From Octopus vulgaris (lineage: Eukaryota): 64,000 nucleotides of DNA. The notes below the pieces were generated by a model that worked only from the letters and a program-made list of their open reading frames with translations, ran no database searches and had not been told where the DNA came from. Location of the stretch: positions 157,976,001-158,040,000 of the forward strand of contig OX597816.1 of the NCBI GenBank assembly GCA_951406725.2, in the 5' to 3' direction. Each line of letters starts with the position of its first letter. Positions within the stretch are counted from its first letter, which is position 1. Both the position numbers and the translations under genes were made by a program. Positions 1 to 12,791 of this stretch are shown here, one piece after another.

Positions 1-359
1 AGAATCCCTCAAAGAAGTCTGCCCAATCAGGATTGCTGTAGCTTTAGGTCTTTCTGTGCTGCTCAGTGCATTAGGCTGACCAAGGGTTAAATAACAAGAA
101 CTATAAGCAGCTGTGTGGTTTTGAAAGGGTTAATAGTTAAAGTAATGAATAGTATTTGCATTATATGTAGTTACTGCTCTAACTTTAATTCCTAGAATTA
201 TCTCAGTAGCCTTTGTTACATCACAAGTACAACCAGCAGCTGCGGACTTGAAATAGAAAAACATAATAAAACTTTCTGACAAAGCTATGTTATCAACACC
301 TATTTCGTTAGCCATGATTTTAATTCAAGGATTTTGTTGTTTATCCACTTTTGCTTCAG

Positions 360-425
360 GTGAAAACAATTCCTGTTTAAATAGGCTCCATTGCACAAAA
401 CATTCTGCTTCCATTCTTATTTCCT
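360..425 (+). CDS. Candidate penultimate coding exon of an unidentified gene (66 nt, phase 1-1)
   Basis: Pyrimidine-rich acceptor ccacttttgcttcag|G and donor CCT|GTAAGT. Open frame (G)ENNSCLNRLHCTKHSASILIS. Protein not recognised. Confidence 0.45.
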
Positions 426-632
426 GTAAGTCTTAGCTACTTTCTATCTTCAAACTATTCTTAGAGCTAGCTGTCAGTATAATCTTAACCTAATTCAGTG
501 AGTTTTGTTTTTGCTAGCTTTTTTTTTTCTTTTTTCTCCCACCTTTTCGGCTACTTTTCGGCTCAGATCACACAACCTGCAATCTTGTGGTTTCAAACAT
601 GATAATTGTTTGGATTAAATTACAATATCTTC

Positions 633-684
633 TACCTGTTCTGTATTTTAACTGACCTTAGACAGTTAAAATACAGAACAGGTA
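633..684. repeat. Perfect 22-bp inverted repeat with 8-nt loop
   Basis: tacctgttctgtattttaactg-accttaga-cagttaaaatacagaacaggta, abutting a SINE tail fragment at about 685-735. Confidence 0.95.
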
Positions 685-1169
685 CTCTTTTACTTGTTTC
701 AGTCATTTGACTGTGGCCATGCTGGAGCACCGTTGAAGATGAAATAATTAAGCAGAAACTTAAAGAAAGTCACAATCATCATCACCTTATTTATGTTCAT
801 TTTACCACATTTCATGAGTTGGACTAGTTTACAATGATGTAAGTATACTGTTTACTTTAGCCAGACTGGTGTCTTCATCATGATTCTTGCTTCTTAAGGT
901 GTCTTGTGTTGAACTTGTTTGTTGTATTGGAATTTCTAACCTAACTCTTTATTTGATCTATGGGGGTAAACTGTTCTAATTATGTTGTAATAATACACAT
1001 CTCTCTAGATACCTACTTGTGTAGAATATTTGATTATCTATTTAGTGATTCTTTCATCATTATTCAGGCAAGTATCAGTGAAGCATGAACTTCACAGATA
1101 CAGTAATAAGAAGAATGAAACATTTCAGAGTTGTTTCCTGTAATTAGTAAAATAATCAAAACAATGCTA

Positions 1170-1630
1170 GGTACAGTCATGGTCATGTAGTTAATAAGCT
1201 TGCTTCCCAACTGTGTGATTTCAAGTTCAGTTCTACTGCCTGACATCCTGAGTAGGTGCCTTCTACCATAATCTCAGGCCAACCCAAGCCTTTTGAGTGG
1301 ATTTGGTAGACAAAAACTGAAAGAAGCTAGTTGTGTATGTGTGCGTGTGTATGTGTGCGTGTGTGTGTGTATAAATGTATCTATATTTGTATGTGTTTCC
1401 TGGTCTTGACATCAAGTGATGGTTCAAAATGTGTGTCACCATCTTACAACTGATGTCATTAATTTCCGATATCCTGGAAAAACATGTCTGGTCACAGGGA
1501 AATATTACTTTGCTTGGAAACAAGTAAGGGTAGGCAACAGGAAGGAGTGTCTGACCATAGAAAATCTGCCTCAATGAATTATGATTGACTCATGTAAAGT
1601 GAACATGATGATGATGATGACGATGATGAT
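1170..1630 (+). mobile_element. Diverged SINE with family A head, (TG)n core and (GAT)n tail
   Basis: Similar to the family A head (aagcttgcttcccaac...gtggatttggtagac...aaactgaaagaagc) and ends in gatgatgat. Confidence 0.7.
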
Positions 1631-1763
1631 GGTAACTGAGCTGTGTTTTCCAGCAAGTATTTCTAATTAGAATTTTTCAATGTTCACGACATTACATATG
1701 TTAAAACTAACTTATTGATTTTCGGTGCTTTTTAAAATTTTTTTTCTTTTTTTTTTCATGTAG

Positions 1764-1780
1764 ATGATGTCGCTGAGTAA
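1764..1780 (+). CDS. Candidate terminal coding exon (..YDVAE*) followed by 3' UTR
   Basis: Branch-point-like CTAAC near 1707, long T tract, catgtag| acceptor. Phase 1 matches exon 360-425. TAA stop at 1778-1780. Confidence 0.45.
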
Positions 1781-1933
1781 TTAACCTCAACGATTTACTC
1801 TTTTTAATCTTTGCATCTTAATTTTGCATAATATCATATATGAGGCTCAATATTCTACGTTGACAGTTCAGAGATCAAATAGATGTTTCATCATTGTTTC
1901 AGTATAGAATGTTATATAGTTGCAATCTCAGTA

Positions 1934-1939
1934 AATAAA
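1934..1939 (+). promoter_or_regulatory. Candidate polyadenylation signal AATAAA
   Basis: About 155 nt after the putative stop codon and followed by GT/T-rich sequence. Confidence 0.35.
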
Positions 1940-2375
1940 ACAAAAATTCTCTATTGTTGATACAATTATGTTACTCTTTCTTTTACTAGTTTCAGTCATT
2001 GAATTTTATGAATAATTAGATTTTTTTTTTTTTAATAGATAATTATATAATTAAGCTTTTATTACTTTTTTTTTCCTGAGTATTAAACTGGAATTGATTG
2101 AATACATTTTTATGTATGTTTGTAAATTAAGTATGGACACACTTTCAGGACATGAAAGAAAATAAAACTCAAGTTCTAGACCTTTATTTTTATTCATTTT
2201 TGTGTGACCTCTGTATCAAAGAGACTATGTAGATAAAACTAAAACGTGCTAGCAAATATTTATGCATATTAAAAGATATACATAAAAGTTCATTATTATC
2301 AAGTTCATCTTCTCATTTATATGAAAGATTCTCTCGCCGAAGACAATATGTAAGTGTTCAGGAAGGAAACAGGGA

Positions 2376-2544
2376 ATGGATATGAGAATGAACATGACTT
2401 ATAACCAAATAGATAATCAACAACACACTAGCATTACTATTACTACTATTCACCAATGTTTACAATTCATTCACTTCACCTGGTGACTCTTCAGGTCCTC
2501 AGGCCACCAAAAGCAATATGGATATGAGAATGAACATGACTTAT
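2376..2544. repeat. 27-bp exact direct repeat flanking 115 bp
   Basis: atggatatgagaatgaacatgacttat at 2376-2402 and 2518-2544. Confidence 0.9.
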
Positions 2545-2689
2545 TTAAACCAGCATGTGGTCTGAGAAATCACAATGTGGACAATAATGGTTTACCGGAA
2601 GACTGTTCTGTTGGTTCCTTTTCTTATTTTCCCATAACTCCTCTTGACAAAGCACCCTTTGAGCTTATATTATACTATCCAAATCTCTC

Positions 2690-2903
2690 TCTCTTTTACT
2701 CTTTTACTTGTTTCAGTCAGTTGACTGCGGCCATGCTGGAGCACTGCCTTTAGTCGAGGAACTCGACCCTGGGACTTATTCTTTGTAATCCCAGTACTTA
2801 TTCTATCGGTCTCTTTTGCCGAACCGCTAAGTGACGGGGACATAAACACACCAGCATCGGTTGTTAAGCAATGCTAGGGGGACAAACACAGACACACAAA
2901 CAT

Positions 2904-2942
<39 letters not shown>

Positions 2943-3106
2943 CATATATACGACGGGCTTCTTCTGTCTACCAAATCCACTCACAAGGCTTTGGTCGGCC
3001 TGAGGCTATAGTAGAAGACACTTGCCCAAGGTGCCACGCAGTGGGACTGAACCCGGAACCTTGTGGTTGGTAAGTAAGCTACTTACCACACAGCCACTCC
3101 TGCGCC
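2690..3106 (-). mobile_element. tRNA-derived SINE, family A (CORE-like domain, internal TA/TG microsatellite)
   Basis: Head ggcgcaggagtggctgtgtggtaag with A/B-box-like motifs, CORE-like gcaccttgggcaagtgtctt, (aaagagt)n tail. Near-identical copies occur throughout the window. Confidence 0.9.
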
Positions 3107-4766
3107 TATTTAAAAAAAAAAATTTACCAAAATGAAAAGATAATCATCTATATCTTAGAAGGAGAGAGAATTATTTTTAGAGAAATGGTGAGAGTGATTT
3201 AATCTCAGTGTTTCACTGGTATTTAATTTAACCATCTGAGAGAAATGAAAGGAAAAGGCAACCATGATGTGAAACTAATTCAAGTTATTTAGAAAATTAC
3301 TAAAATTGGTAAGGAAATAACTTAAATCAGTTATATTTGCATAATTCTGGTAAGTGGTGATGTACTGAATGATGGACACGCAAAGATTTTTGGTGAACTG
3401 AAATTTGCTTCTTAGTTGGAGAAAAAAGCAAAAAAAAAAAAAATCCAGAAGAATTTGGTAGCAACTTTTAAAGAGGAGATAATTCATGAAACCAATTTTA
3501 CCCCAAAAAAAGGCTTTAATTTTCATACCTATGGGAAGGGAAAATGAATAATTGTTGGCAGGCAAAGTAAGAACTACAGACTTATTTCAGCCTCATTAGA
3601 CCCCATCAACACACCATGAATGAGTTACTCAAGTCTGCTTTGATCAGTTTGCAAAAGTGTTGGGGTTTTTTTTTGGGGGGGGGGGGGTTTAACAAGTATT
3701 ACAAAGACTTTCTGGTTGGTATAATTTGCATCATTTCAAAAAAAAAAATTAACTAAGTGGAAGTAACTCAAATGGATAAATAGCATGAACCATACATGTA
3801 GGTGGAGATGTACTAAATGATATATACAAAACAAAAAATGCAATAAAATAAAAAAAATCTCGACAAATTGAAATTTGCTTTCTGATTTGAGAAAGGAAGC
3901 AAGAATTTAATAATAAATGTTAGTTACGTGCCATATTTTGTACATGTCAATTAAGACAACAGCACCTTCCCACTTAAATACAAAATATTGAAAAAAAATA
4001 TCTAGTTTGGTACTCTGCCATTTCTGTTGATTTACTGCGATTTTTGAGATGTCAAATAATATTTACATGTGAATATGTGTTCACATGTAAATATGTATGT
4101 ATTCATGGTCATAAGTGACTATGTTCCATACACCAATTGCTGGATGTATGAGATTTTTTTCCAAAAACTAGGATTGGCTTAATTTTTTTTAGTTTTTTTT
4201 TTTTTTTCGCGGAGGTCAAGTGACAGAATCACATGAGAGCAGAAAGTGAAGCTTACAAGTATTCCGTTGCTTACATATTCAAACAACTTGTTTGTTAAAT
4301 ATGTCATTGGTTGTTTACAAGATTTGTTTCAGTTAAGAAGCTATCAGCCATATGCTACAGCCATCTGTTCTGCTTGTGAGTTATCATGCTGTAATTCAGA
4401 CTGGTGATTTATCTGATACGAGAGAGACAGAGACCGAGATGTTAACTACCAACTAACTACTATACTTTACTTTTAACCCTCAACCTAAACGGGATAATAA
4501 TATTTATTAGTGAAGAATCTTATGTCAACTGTTCTATTTAATAGAACATGCAATTCAGGTGTATATCAATGATAATTCACATTTATAGCAGTAAGAAGGA
4601 AATACAGAGAGAGGTGGGAGGTAAGAGGTAGAACTATATCTATCTTAGATATTGTTGACCAGTAACAGGTCAGCCTTGTTTCGACAGACACAACCATCCT
4701 CTTTTTTTTTTTTTTTGTTCAAACATATCATAACCATCACTTACAAGCAAGTATGATTAGGTAGTT

Positions 4767-5393
4767 GGTACTTTTTGGCTATCTCACCCCCATTGAAAAA
4801 TTTCTATTAAAAAACTGGGTTATCTCCCCACTAAAATATTTATGTCTTTATTGCCCACAGGGGGCTAAACATAGAGGGGACAAACAAGAACTGACAAAAG
4901 GATTAAGTTGATTACATTGACTCCAGTGCATAACTGGTACTTATTTAACTGACCCCGAAAGGATGAAAGACAACGTCAACCTCGGCGGAATTAGAACTTA
5001 GAACATAACAGCAGACAAAATACCACTAAGCATTTCGCCTGGCATGCTAATGTTTCCACCAGTTCACCACCTTGTCCTCACTAAAATATTGAGTTTATGT
5101 GGCGACAAGAGATTGAATTAAAGGGGTTAGATAATTTTGATTCAATACTTCAACATATTGTTGATGTTTGGCCTCCTCAATCGGCATGGAATGATTTGTT
5201 ATAAAAATATTATTAGAATCAATAAGATGTTTAATTTTTTCAGTTTTGTATGATTTGTTATAAAAATGTTATCAGATTCAATAAGACATTTAATCTTTTC
5301 ACGGTTCATATTTATAAAGCTTTTCATTTTTTTTTTTTGTTTTATACAGGGTTAAACAATTTTTTTAGTTGGGGGAGATAACCAAAAAATACC
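4767..5393. mobile_element. MITE-like element with ~23-bp imperfect TIRs, containing a nested SINE
   Basis: ggtactttttggctatctcacccc ... gggggagataaccaaaaaatacc. Internal ~60-bp tandem duplication at about 5190-5300. Confidence 0.6.
4841..5078 (-). mobile_element. SINE family B (tRNA head, Meta/MESC-like central domain) with TSD
   Basis: Family motif gcctttcatcctttcggggtcgat...taagtaccagtt in reverse complement (diverged here). TSD cactaaaatatt at 4829-4840 and 5079-5090. Confidence 0.85.
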
Positions 5394-6399
5394 TATATTG
5401 TTTTTGGAGTCTCTGTAGCAATGATGAACAAACACAGACACACTCTCGAGCAACCCTCAACTTCAACTGAACACCAATGATATGAGAACTGTAGCTGAGT
5501 AGATTGGTGCAATACAAAATAAAGTACCTTGTTCAAGGACACAATACATCATCTGGGATTGAACCCACATCTTTACAATCATTAACTCAACATCCTAACC
5601 ACTATACCACATGCCTTCACATAATTACACAATGTCTAAATGATTGAGATGAATGATTTTTTTTTTATTATTTACTTATTTCAGTGACTGGAGTGTGGCC
5701 ATGCTGGGTTTTAGCTTAACACTGCCTTGAAAAATTTTAATTGAACAAATCAACTGCAGTACTCATGTTTTTTTTTTAAGTATGGTAATTATTCTGTTAG
5801 TTTCTTTTGTTAAACTGCTAAGTTATGGGACATAAACAAACCAACACCAGTTGTCAAGTGGTGATACAAAGACACACATACACACACAACTGACTACCAA
5901 CACTATGGAATGTAGGTTGAATGCTGGAGCCCAATTTACAGATTCATATGCTATGATGAGGTTTAAGGGAGACAGAGATGTTATTTTTAGCAAGTCAAGC
6001 AACTGTGTAAAGACTTTCTCACCGGTACATAACAACTAGTATGATTCCACTTGGTACCAAGTGAAAACCAATGATACACAATTTGTTTTTGTAGAGAGAG
6101 AGAGAAAGTACCTATGTGTTTGCGTGAACTGACAGAAATAACAAATCTCTTTCAAATCCCAACCTACCAACTTAAAAATGGAAAGGCAAGGTGGATAATG
6201 CATTCCTGGGTATACATACATATATGCATATCATTTCACATATGGTTTCCATGCTTGTTGGAGCCTCATGTTTCAAGTCGGTCCTTATTCAGAATTACTG
6301 CCCTCCTAGATTGATCAGAGGACTAAGCCTCACCTGTACATCACATTTTTGACATGGATTCTATAACCGAATCCCCCTACATCTTTTGTGTATCAGTAC

Positions 6400-7760
6400 T
6401 TTTCACTGGTATACTGAATGACATTTCTACTTATTTCTTTTTTGCATATTAAATACAGCTGTTTCTATGACAGTAGCAGAGTCTTGTTTTCGTATTTTCC
6501 TACTAAAACTTTAGTCTTTTCTAAGTCTACTTTGAGGCCTCTTCAATCTAGACCTTTGTTTCCAGGTCTGGAATGTTTTCTGTAAATCTTCTACAAATCC
6601 TGCTATGATAACCAAGTCATCAGCATACAGAAGTTCCCACAAGCAGCTTTTCTTAAACTTGTTTGTTTTGGCCTGGAGGAATATAATACATAAGAGGGGA
6701 TGAGGACAAAACTTGATGGATCATTAAGTACTTACTCTCTCTCTCTCTCTTTTATTTGTTTCAGTCATTTGACTGCAGCCATGCTGGAGCACTGCCTTTA
6801 GTCAAGCAAACTGACCCCAGGACTTATTCTTTGTAAGTCTAGTACTTATTCTATCGGTCTCTTTTGCTGAACCGTTAAGTTACGGGGATGTAAACACGCC
6901 AACATCGGTTGTGAAGCGATGTTGGGGGGACAAACACAGACACACAAACATATACACACACACACACATATATATATATATAAATATTCACATATTCAAC
7001 AGGCTTCTTTCAGTTTCCATCTACCAAATCCACTCACAAGGCTTTGGTCAGCCCGAGGCTATAGTAGTAGACACTTGCCCAAGGTGCTACACGGTGGGAT
7101 TGAACCCGGAACCATGTGGTTAGTAAGCAAACTACTTACCACACAGCCACTCCTGTGCCTATTATTAATTTTATCGTTGAACTTAGAACTGACTTTCAGT
7201 TTACTGGTTTCACTTCTGTACATAACTTCTAGGAATATCATGCTTTTCATCTACCTCTAGATTCCTTACTGACCACTAGATTACAAAAGACGGAATTCAG
7301 TCAAAGACTTTCTCCAAGCTGATTACTAGTAGGTATAGAGTCTTAATTCTAGCTAAGTGCTCACCAGGAATATGTTATTAATCACACTCCTTTTTGGCAA
7401 AAAGCCAAACAGCATCTCATCTACTCTGATTCTCTGTCTAATCAGTCGTTCTATAACTGTTTCATGCCCCGTTCCAAATGTTTGCAATCTCTGTAATTGA
7501 CTCTCACCATTTACCTTTGTAGCAGTTGACAATGATATTGCTATGCCAGTCACTGAATACATCTTCCTGTACTATGTGACTTTTCATGTGTCCTACTTCA
7601 GATATTTTAAGTATCTCAGTTGTTATCCTAGATGAACTAGCTATCATCCCTATTTGCAAATCCTTAATTGGATGTATAAACAAACTGCTGTCTACTTGAA
7701 AAGGATGGTCAGTCAACTTACATGAGAATCTCTTCTCCCATGAAACCACACTATTAAAAA
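6400..7760 (-). mobile_element. Decayed RTE-clade LINE reverse transcriptase fragment, split by a SINE
   Basis: Minus-strand translation gives LWELLYADDLVII (YADD at 6616-6627) and IRQRIRVDEMLFGFLPKRS, with stops and frameshifts. Confidence 0.8.
6733..7160 (-). mobile_element. SINE family A, full length, nested in the LINE
   Basis: Matches 2690-3106 end to end. Confidence 0.9.
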
Positions 7761-8194
7761 CTTTGTTGCATGAAGACTAATACTTTCACATCTGCACATG
7801 CCCTCTTAACATTTGATGCTAAGTCCTACATATTAGGGCAAAAATGACCTGTATACAGCAATCAACAAATAGAACAAACCTTTAAAATCCAGTTTTACAA
7901 ACACCATCTATTACTTTCACTTTCAACAATACAAGAAATATAGATGTCTAGCAAAAAGTTATTGTGCAGGAATACCAGCATGGCCATAGCCATGGTTGAA
8001 GTTAGTAAAAAAAGCATATATCTAGATATCATATAGTAGAATTTATTCATGAGTTCAGAGATGATGACTCAGTGAAATTGCTACTCAGAGTTTCTTGTTA
8101 TGTGTAATACTTCAGACTATAAAAAGATGGTTTATCTTTTTGATTCCTGGAGGATCAACATAGCAAGAATCTAAGTAATAATGGAGTGAATCAT

Positions 8195-8235
<41 letters not shown>

Positions 8236-9658
8236 ACATAAATGTGTACACAGCTCTGAATTAGCATATTCATCAACTGACCTTGTTTAAAGAGAACTAT
8301 TAAGCATAACCAATCTATTGTGCATCAGAGATAAACAGAACTAGCATCAATAGGGCAAGCTCCCCTTGAAGAGTGTACTTCCAGCTGTTTATATGGTGCT
8401 GATAATAGTGATAAATATCGCTTCTATGAATATACAACTATCTCAGCTTGATCAATGATCAGATAGCTATAGTAAAGTTTTGATAGGGAGGGGGAAAAAA
8501 GAGGAAATTGTGTGAAAGTGGGAGAATGAGAGGGTAAAAACAACAATTAGAGAGCCACTGCCTTTATAGTGTAGATGTAAAAACTAATTATAATGACACA
8601 CTGTCTCAAAGTAACAGGAATTGAACAGTAATGTTTTGAGAAAACAATGAACACAAAAGTATAAATAATCACTTGGGAAAATTCAGAGGAAGTCTTTTAG
8701 TGCATAACTGGATCTTTCACATGTATAAAAGGAGGTAAGCAGTTTTTATAAATGATATGAGAACACATGCAGAGTTAGGGGATGAAGGGAAATGCCCATC
8801 CTAGGTCTGAAGGATTAATGCCTGGGTATCTGCAAGACAATGGCTGCAGATAAAAAACAGCAACAACAATAACAAAAAAAAAAACAACAAAAGACAGAAA
8901 TAAAAAAGGCAAATATAAATGGTGGTGAAACCATACATATTCTTTGAATGCTTACAACACAAAGGCCCCAAAGACCAAACAGTGGAGTGAAACTGGGCAT
9001 TGTGTTAAGTTCAATCTCTTTTGTTTGTTTTTTAAAATATCATTGAAGTTTTTGTGTTATCACACGACAATGGTTGTAAAGGTGATCAAATTGTTTATGT
9101 TTTTTAACAGTTAGATACAGTTTTTTCTTTGTGCTGTGAGGTAGGAATAATGTTAGTTTTCCACTAGTCAAACTGGGTGAAGTAAAATAATGTCTTTTCT
9201 GAAGAGTCAACACATGCTAACTTTACTTAAGATTACTAAATAATCCAATCAAAGCAATGTTTTATAGCTCTGGATCAGTTCAGGTAATGAGATTGGAAGC
9301 AGATAAAAGTTGGAAGCTTTGAAGAAAGAGAAAGCTAGGAGTTACTATGTGAAAGTGATAATGGATAAAAAGAACTGTAACAGTTAGGGAGAGTCACACT
9401 AACTAGAAAGCCTATTAAACTGTTGTTCACTTAAGTTGTTGGTTATATTCTGCAATTGTTTCAATGAGTTTGAAGTCTTATTAGGGAATTCCTGGGAACA
9501 TAAGCAAAAACTTAAATGAACCACAACCAGTGAGTGTGTTCAAGGCTTCTTTAGGGTGGGTCTCCCAAAATATAACAATATTAGTTTCAAAAGTTTCAAA
9601 TGAAAACTTTTGCAAAACAAATTCAAAAAACTAACAAATTTATGTTTATGTTATTATA

Positions 9659-9895
9659 TATTTCTTTACTGCCCCCAGGGGGCTAAACATAGAGGGGACA
9701 AACAAGGACAGACAAAGGGATTAAGGCGATTACATCGACCCCAGTGCGAAACTGGTACTTTATTTATCGACCCCCGAAAGGATGAAAGGCAAAGTTGACC
9801 TTGGCGGAATTTGAACTCAGAACGTAACAACGGACGAAATACCGCTAAGCATTTCACCCGGCGCGCAAACGTTTCTGCCAGCTCGCCGCATGATA
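9659..9895 (-). mobile_element. SINE family B with 14-bp TSD
   Basis: TSD tttatgttattata at 9645-9658 and 9896-9909. CpGs retained, so probably a young copy. A family A 5' fragment follows at about 9911-10035. Confidence 0.9.
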
Positions 9896-10554
9896 TTTAT
9901 GTTATTATAGGTGTAGGTGTGCTGTGTGGTATGACACTTGCTTCCCAACCACATGGTTCCAGGTTCAGTCTCACTGCATGGTACCTTGGGCAAGTGTCTT
10001 CTACTATAGCCTCAGGCGGACCAAAGCCTTGTGAGGGAATTTCCAAGTAAATTATTTCCCTCTAAATCAACCATTATTACTGGAATTTGTCGGAGCTTTC
10101 TGGCATTAAACAACTGAGAGGCATCCCTTCTCTTGGATAGAATTACAATCTGAAGTTGATCTCAAGTTTTGACCAGGTGAATATTTGACCGTAACTTACA
10201 ATTTTTTTTCTTGTAATTTATTTCAAATTTATTACCAACATATTTTTATAGGAAGAAAAAGAAAAACCATTAAAAGTATAAAAGATCATATTATTAAGAA
10301 AAACCCCTATAACTACCATACCAAGGAAACTAAGAAAAAAGAGGGGGTGGAATTAAGCAGCAGAAAATGTAGGTAGAAGGAGTAACAAATGGCGTGTTCA
10401 GCTGCACCTTATGGGCATGATTGCAAAGGTGTTGCCAGAGAAAATGGCCAGAAACACCCACCTTGCAGGGCTCATTTCTTAAACTTATAAACTGTAAACA
10501 CTTAACAAGTACAAAGTCTCTGTTGCTTATTTATATTTTTTAGAATATATATTG

Positions 10555-10925
10555 TGGAGGCAAAATGGCCCGGTGGCTAGGGAAGCAGACTCACAGTTGT
10601 AGGATTGCAGTTTCAATTCCCAGACCAGGCGATGTGAGTGTTTATTGAGCGAAAACACCTCAAGCTCCATGAGGCTCTGGCAGGGGGTGGGGATGGGGAA
10701 CCTTGCTGTATGCTTTTACCACATATTTCTCTCACCCTTTCTTCCTGTTTCTGTGTATCTGTATTTCAAAGGGCCAGCCTTGTTACACTCTGTGTCACGC
10801 TGAATCTCCCCCCAGAACTACATTAAGGGTACATGTGTCTGTGGAGTGCTCAGCCACTTACATGTTAATTTCATGAGCAGGCTGTTCCGTCGATTGGATG
10901 AACTGGAACCCTCGTCGTCATAACA
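10555..10925 (+). mobile_element. SINE family C (tRNA-like head)
   Basis: ggaggcaaaatggcccggtggctagg...gtttcaattcccagacc head. Homologous to copies at 26122, 39323 and 46963. Confidence 0.8.
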
Positions 10926-11074
10926 ATAGCATCATTGGGTATAAGTTTCTATAGGGCTAATCACTGCTACATTGCATTTTCAAAAGTGAGAATGAGAAGG
11001 GAGAGTCTAACTTGAAGAACACCAATTTTTCTAGATTCACTACTATGTTTATAATGTTTTACTAATACACATGG

Positions 11075-11354
11075 TCGATACCAGGCCCGACTGACTGGTT
11101 CCTGTGCCAGTGGCACGTAAAAAGGACTATCCAAATGTGATCGATGCTAGGGCCACCTGACTGGCTCCTGTGCCGGTGGCACATAAAAAGCATCCACTAC
11201 ACTCTTGGAGTAGTTGGCGTTAGGAAGGGCATCCAGCTGTAGAAACATTGCCATATCAGATTGGAGCCTGGAGCAGCCACTGGCTTTCCAGACCTCAGTC
11301 AAACCATCCAACTCCTGCCAGCATGGAAAAAGGATGTTAAACAATGATGATGAT
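11075..11354 (+). mobile_element. Family D retroposon 3' part with (GAT)n tail
   Basis: Tandem tggcacgtaaaaagcac-type units, ggcgttaggaagggcatccagctgtag, and a gatgatgat tail. Other copies at 24775-25034, 54580-55040 and 62540-62720. Confidence 0.75.
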
Positions 11355-12135
11355 ACTCCACACAGTTTTACCGAACTAAATTCTACTTACAAAGTATTCT
11401 TCAACCTAAGGCTATAGCAGAAAACATTTTCCCAAAGCGCTACACAATAGGACCGAAACTGAGACCATGTGGTTATGAAGTTAACATTTTACCCACACCT
11501 CCATATAACATCTAATTATGAACAAATATCTCCCCAAGACAGAAAAAAAAAGACAAGAGAACAAATGACTTAGCTATAAGATAAAATATGCTAAAGAATA
11601 TTTTGTAGTCATCTTTGATAAATATTTACTTGGGAAAAAAACTCTAAGCTATATGTCTCAATGATAAGGTCTAAAACTTGGATAGTTTTGGTAAAATCTA
11701 GCAGATAAAAAAAAAAATCAAAGCTCATTTATGCTTGGTATTAGATATCTGTCAGAGATACAGATTAAACAAAGACAATATTAAGATTTTCTAACAATAT
11801 AAATTGATATGCTCTTTTCTTCAGTTGGTAACAAATAACTGACACTAGTCTGAATCAGATTGAAACATTCTTTTCAGCTAATCAAACCTAATCAATGATT
11901 TAGAAGAGAACAAAGAAAAAGAAGAAACGAGAAAAAAAAACCATGAAGAGAAACAGCATTTTCAGAATATCTCTGTGAGTCATAGACAGAAAATGTAATT
12001 TACATTTAATGTCCTTGCAAACAAAGCTAGAATAGAGGAGGTGGAGAGCAACTCCTTTTGACTAAATTTACCTCACCATTTTCTGGTCCATAACCTGAAC
12101 ATTTTCAGAGAATTCTAGAAACTTTAGCATATTTT

Positions 12136-12170
<35 letters not shown>

Positions 12171-12791
12171 TTCCTGAATGGATAGAAAAACCATATATTG
12201 AAATTATGCATGTGACTAAAACAACAAAACCTATATGTAGATGTCTTGGAATTTCAAAAATTCAAAGAGAATTTAGAAAATGATAAAAGGAAGCAGCCGA
12301 GAAGAGGAAAACTACCAATTAATTCTTTGTTCATATATTGATTATTTCTTCAGTTAGAAGTCAATTTTCAATTGACTGAGCACAACATGGCTCTAGTAGG
12401 TATAGACTATTTTAAAAAAAGGACATTCTGCTGACTAATGTTGACAAAAAAAAATTAATAAAATCCATTTCAAATTCTGATTTTTTTTCAAGAAATTTAT
12501 TTTACAATTGTTTTTTTTGTTTTTGTTTTTTTTAAAGATGACTTGGGTTGACAAGTTCTGCAAATTTAAACATTGGCTCAAAATTTTAAAGTATGTATTT
12601 TACACTAGAATAATTTTAAAATTAACCACATTTTAATAAACTCTAGCAGTGAAACCACCTTCCACAAACTCAACCATCAGCAAAGTTTATTTTAAATTTA
12701 TTTGACTGGTTGATCAACTAACTAACTTCAAGATTCTAAACGATCTGCTCTTCACAACATCTATAACCCATTTTTGACTCATATATACTTA

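Noticed and set aside
2861-3073. Recurrent ORFs such as ...QIHSQGFGRPEAIVEDTCPRCHAVGLNPEPCGW and RQASFSFRLPNPLTRLWSARGYSRRHLPK at many loci
   Set aside because: They are translations of family A SINE copies in varying frames, not a protein family.
9137-9158. tgaggtag let-7-like seed
   Set aside because: The remainder does not match let-7 and there is no hairpin.
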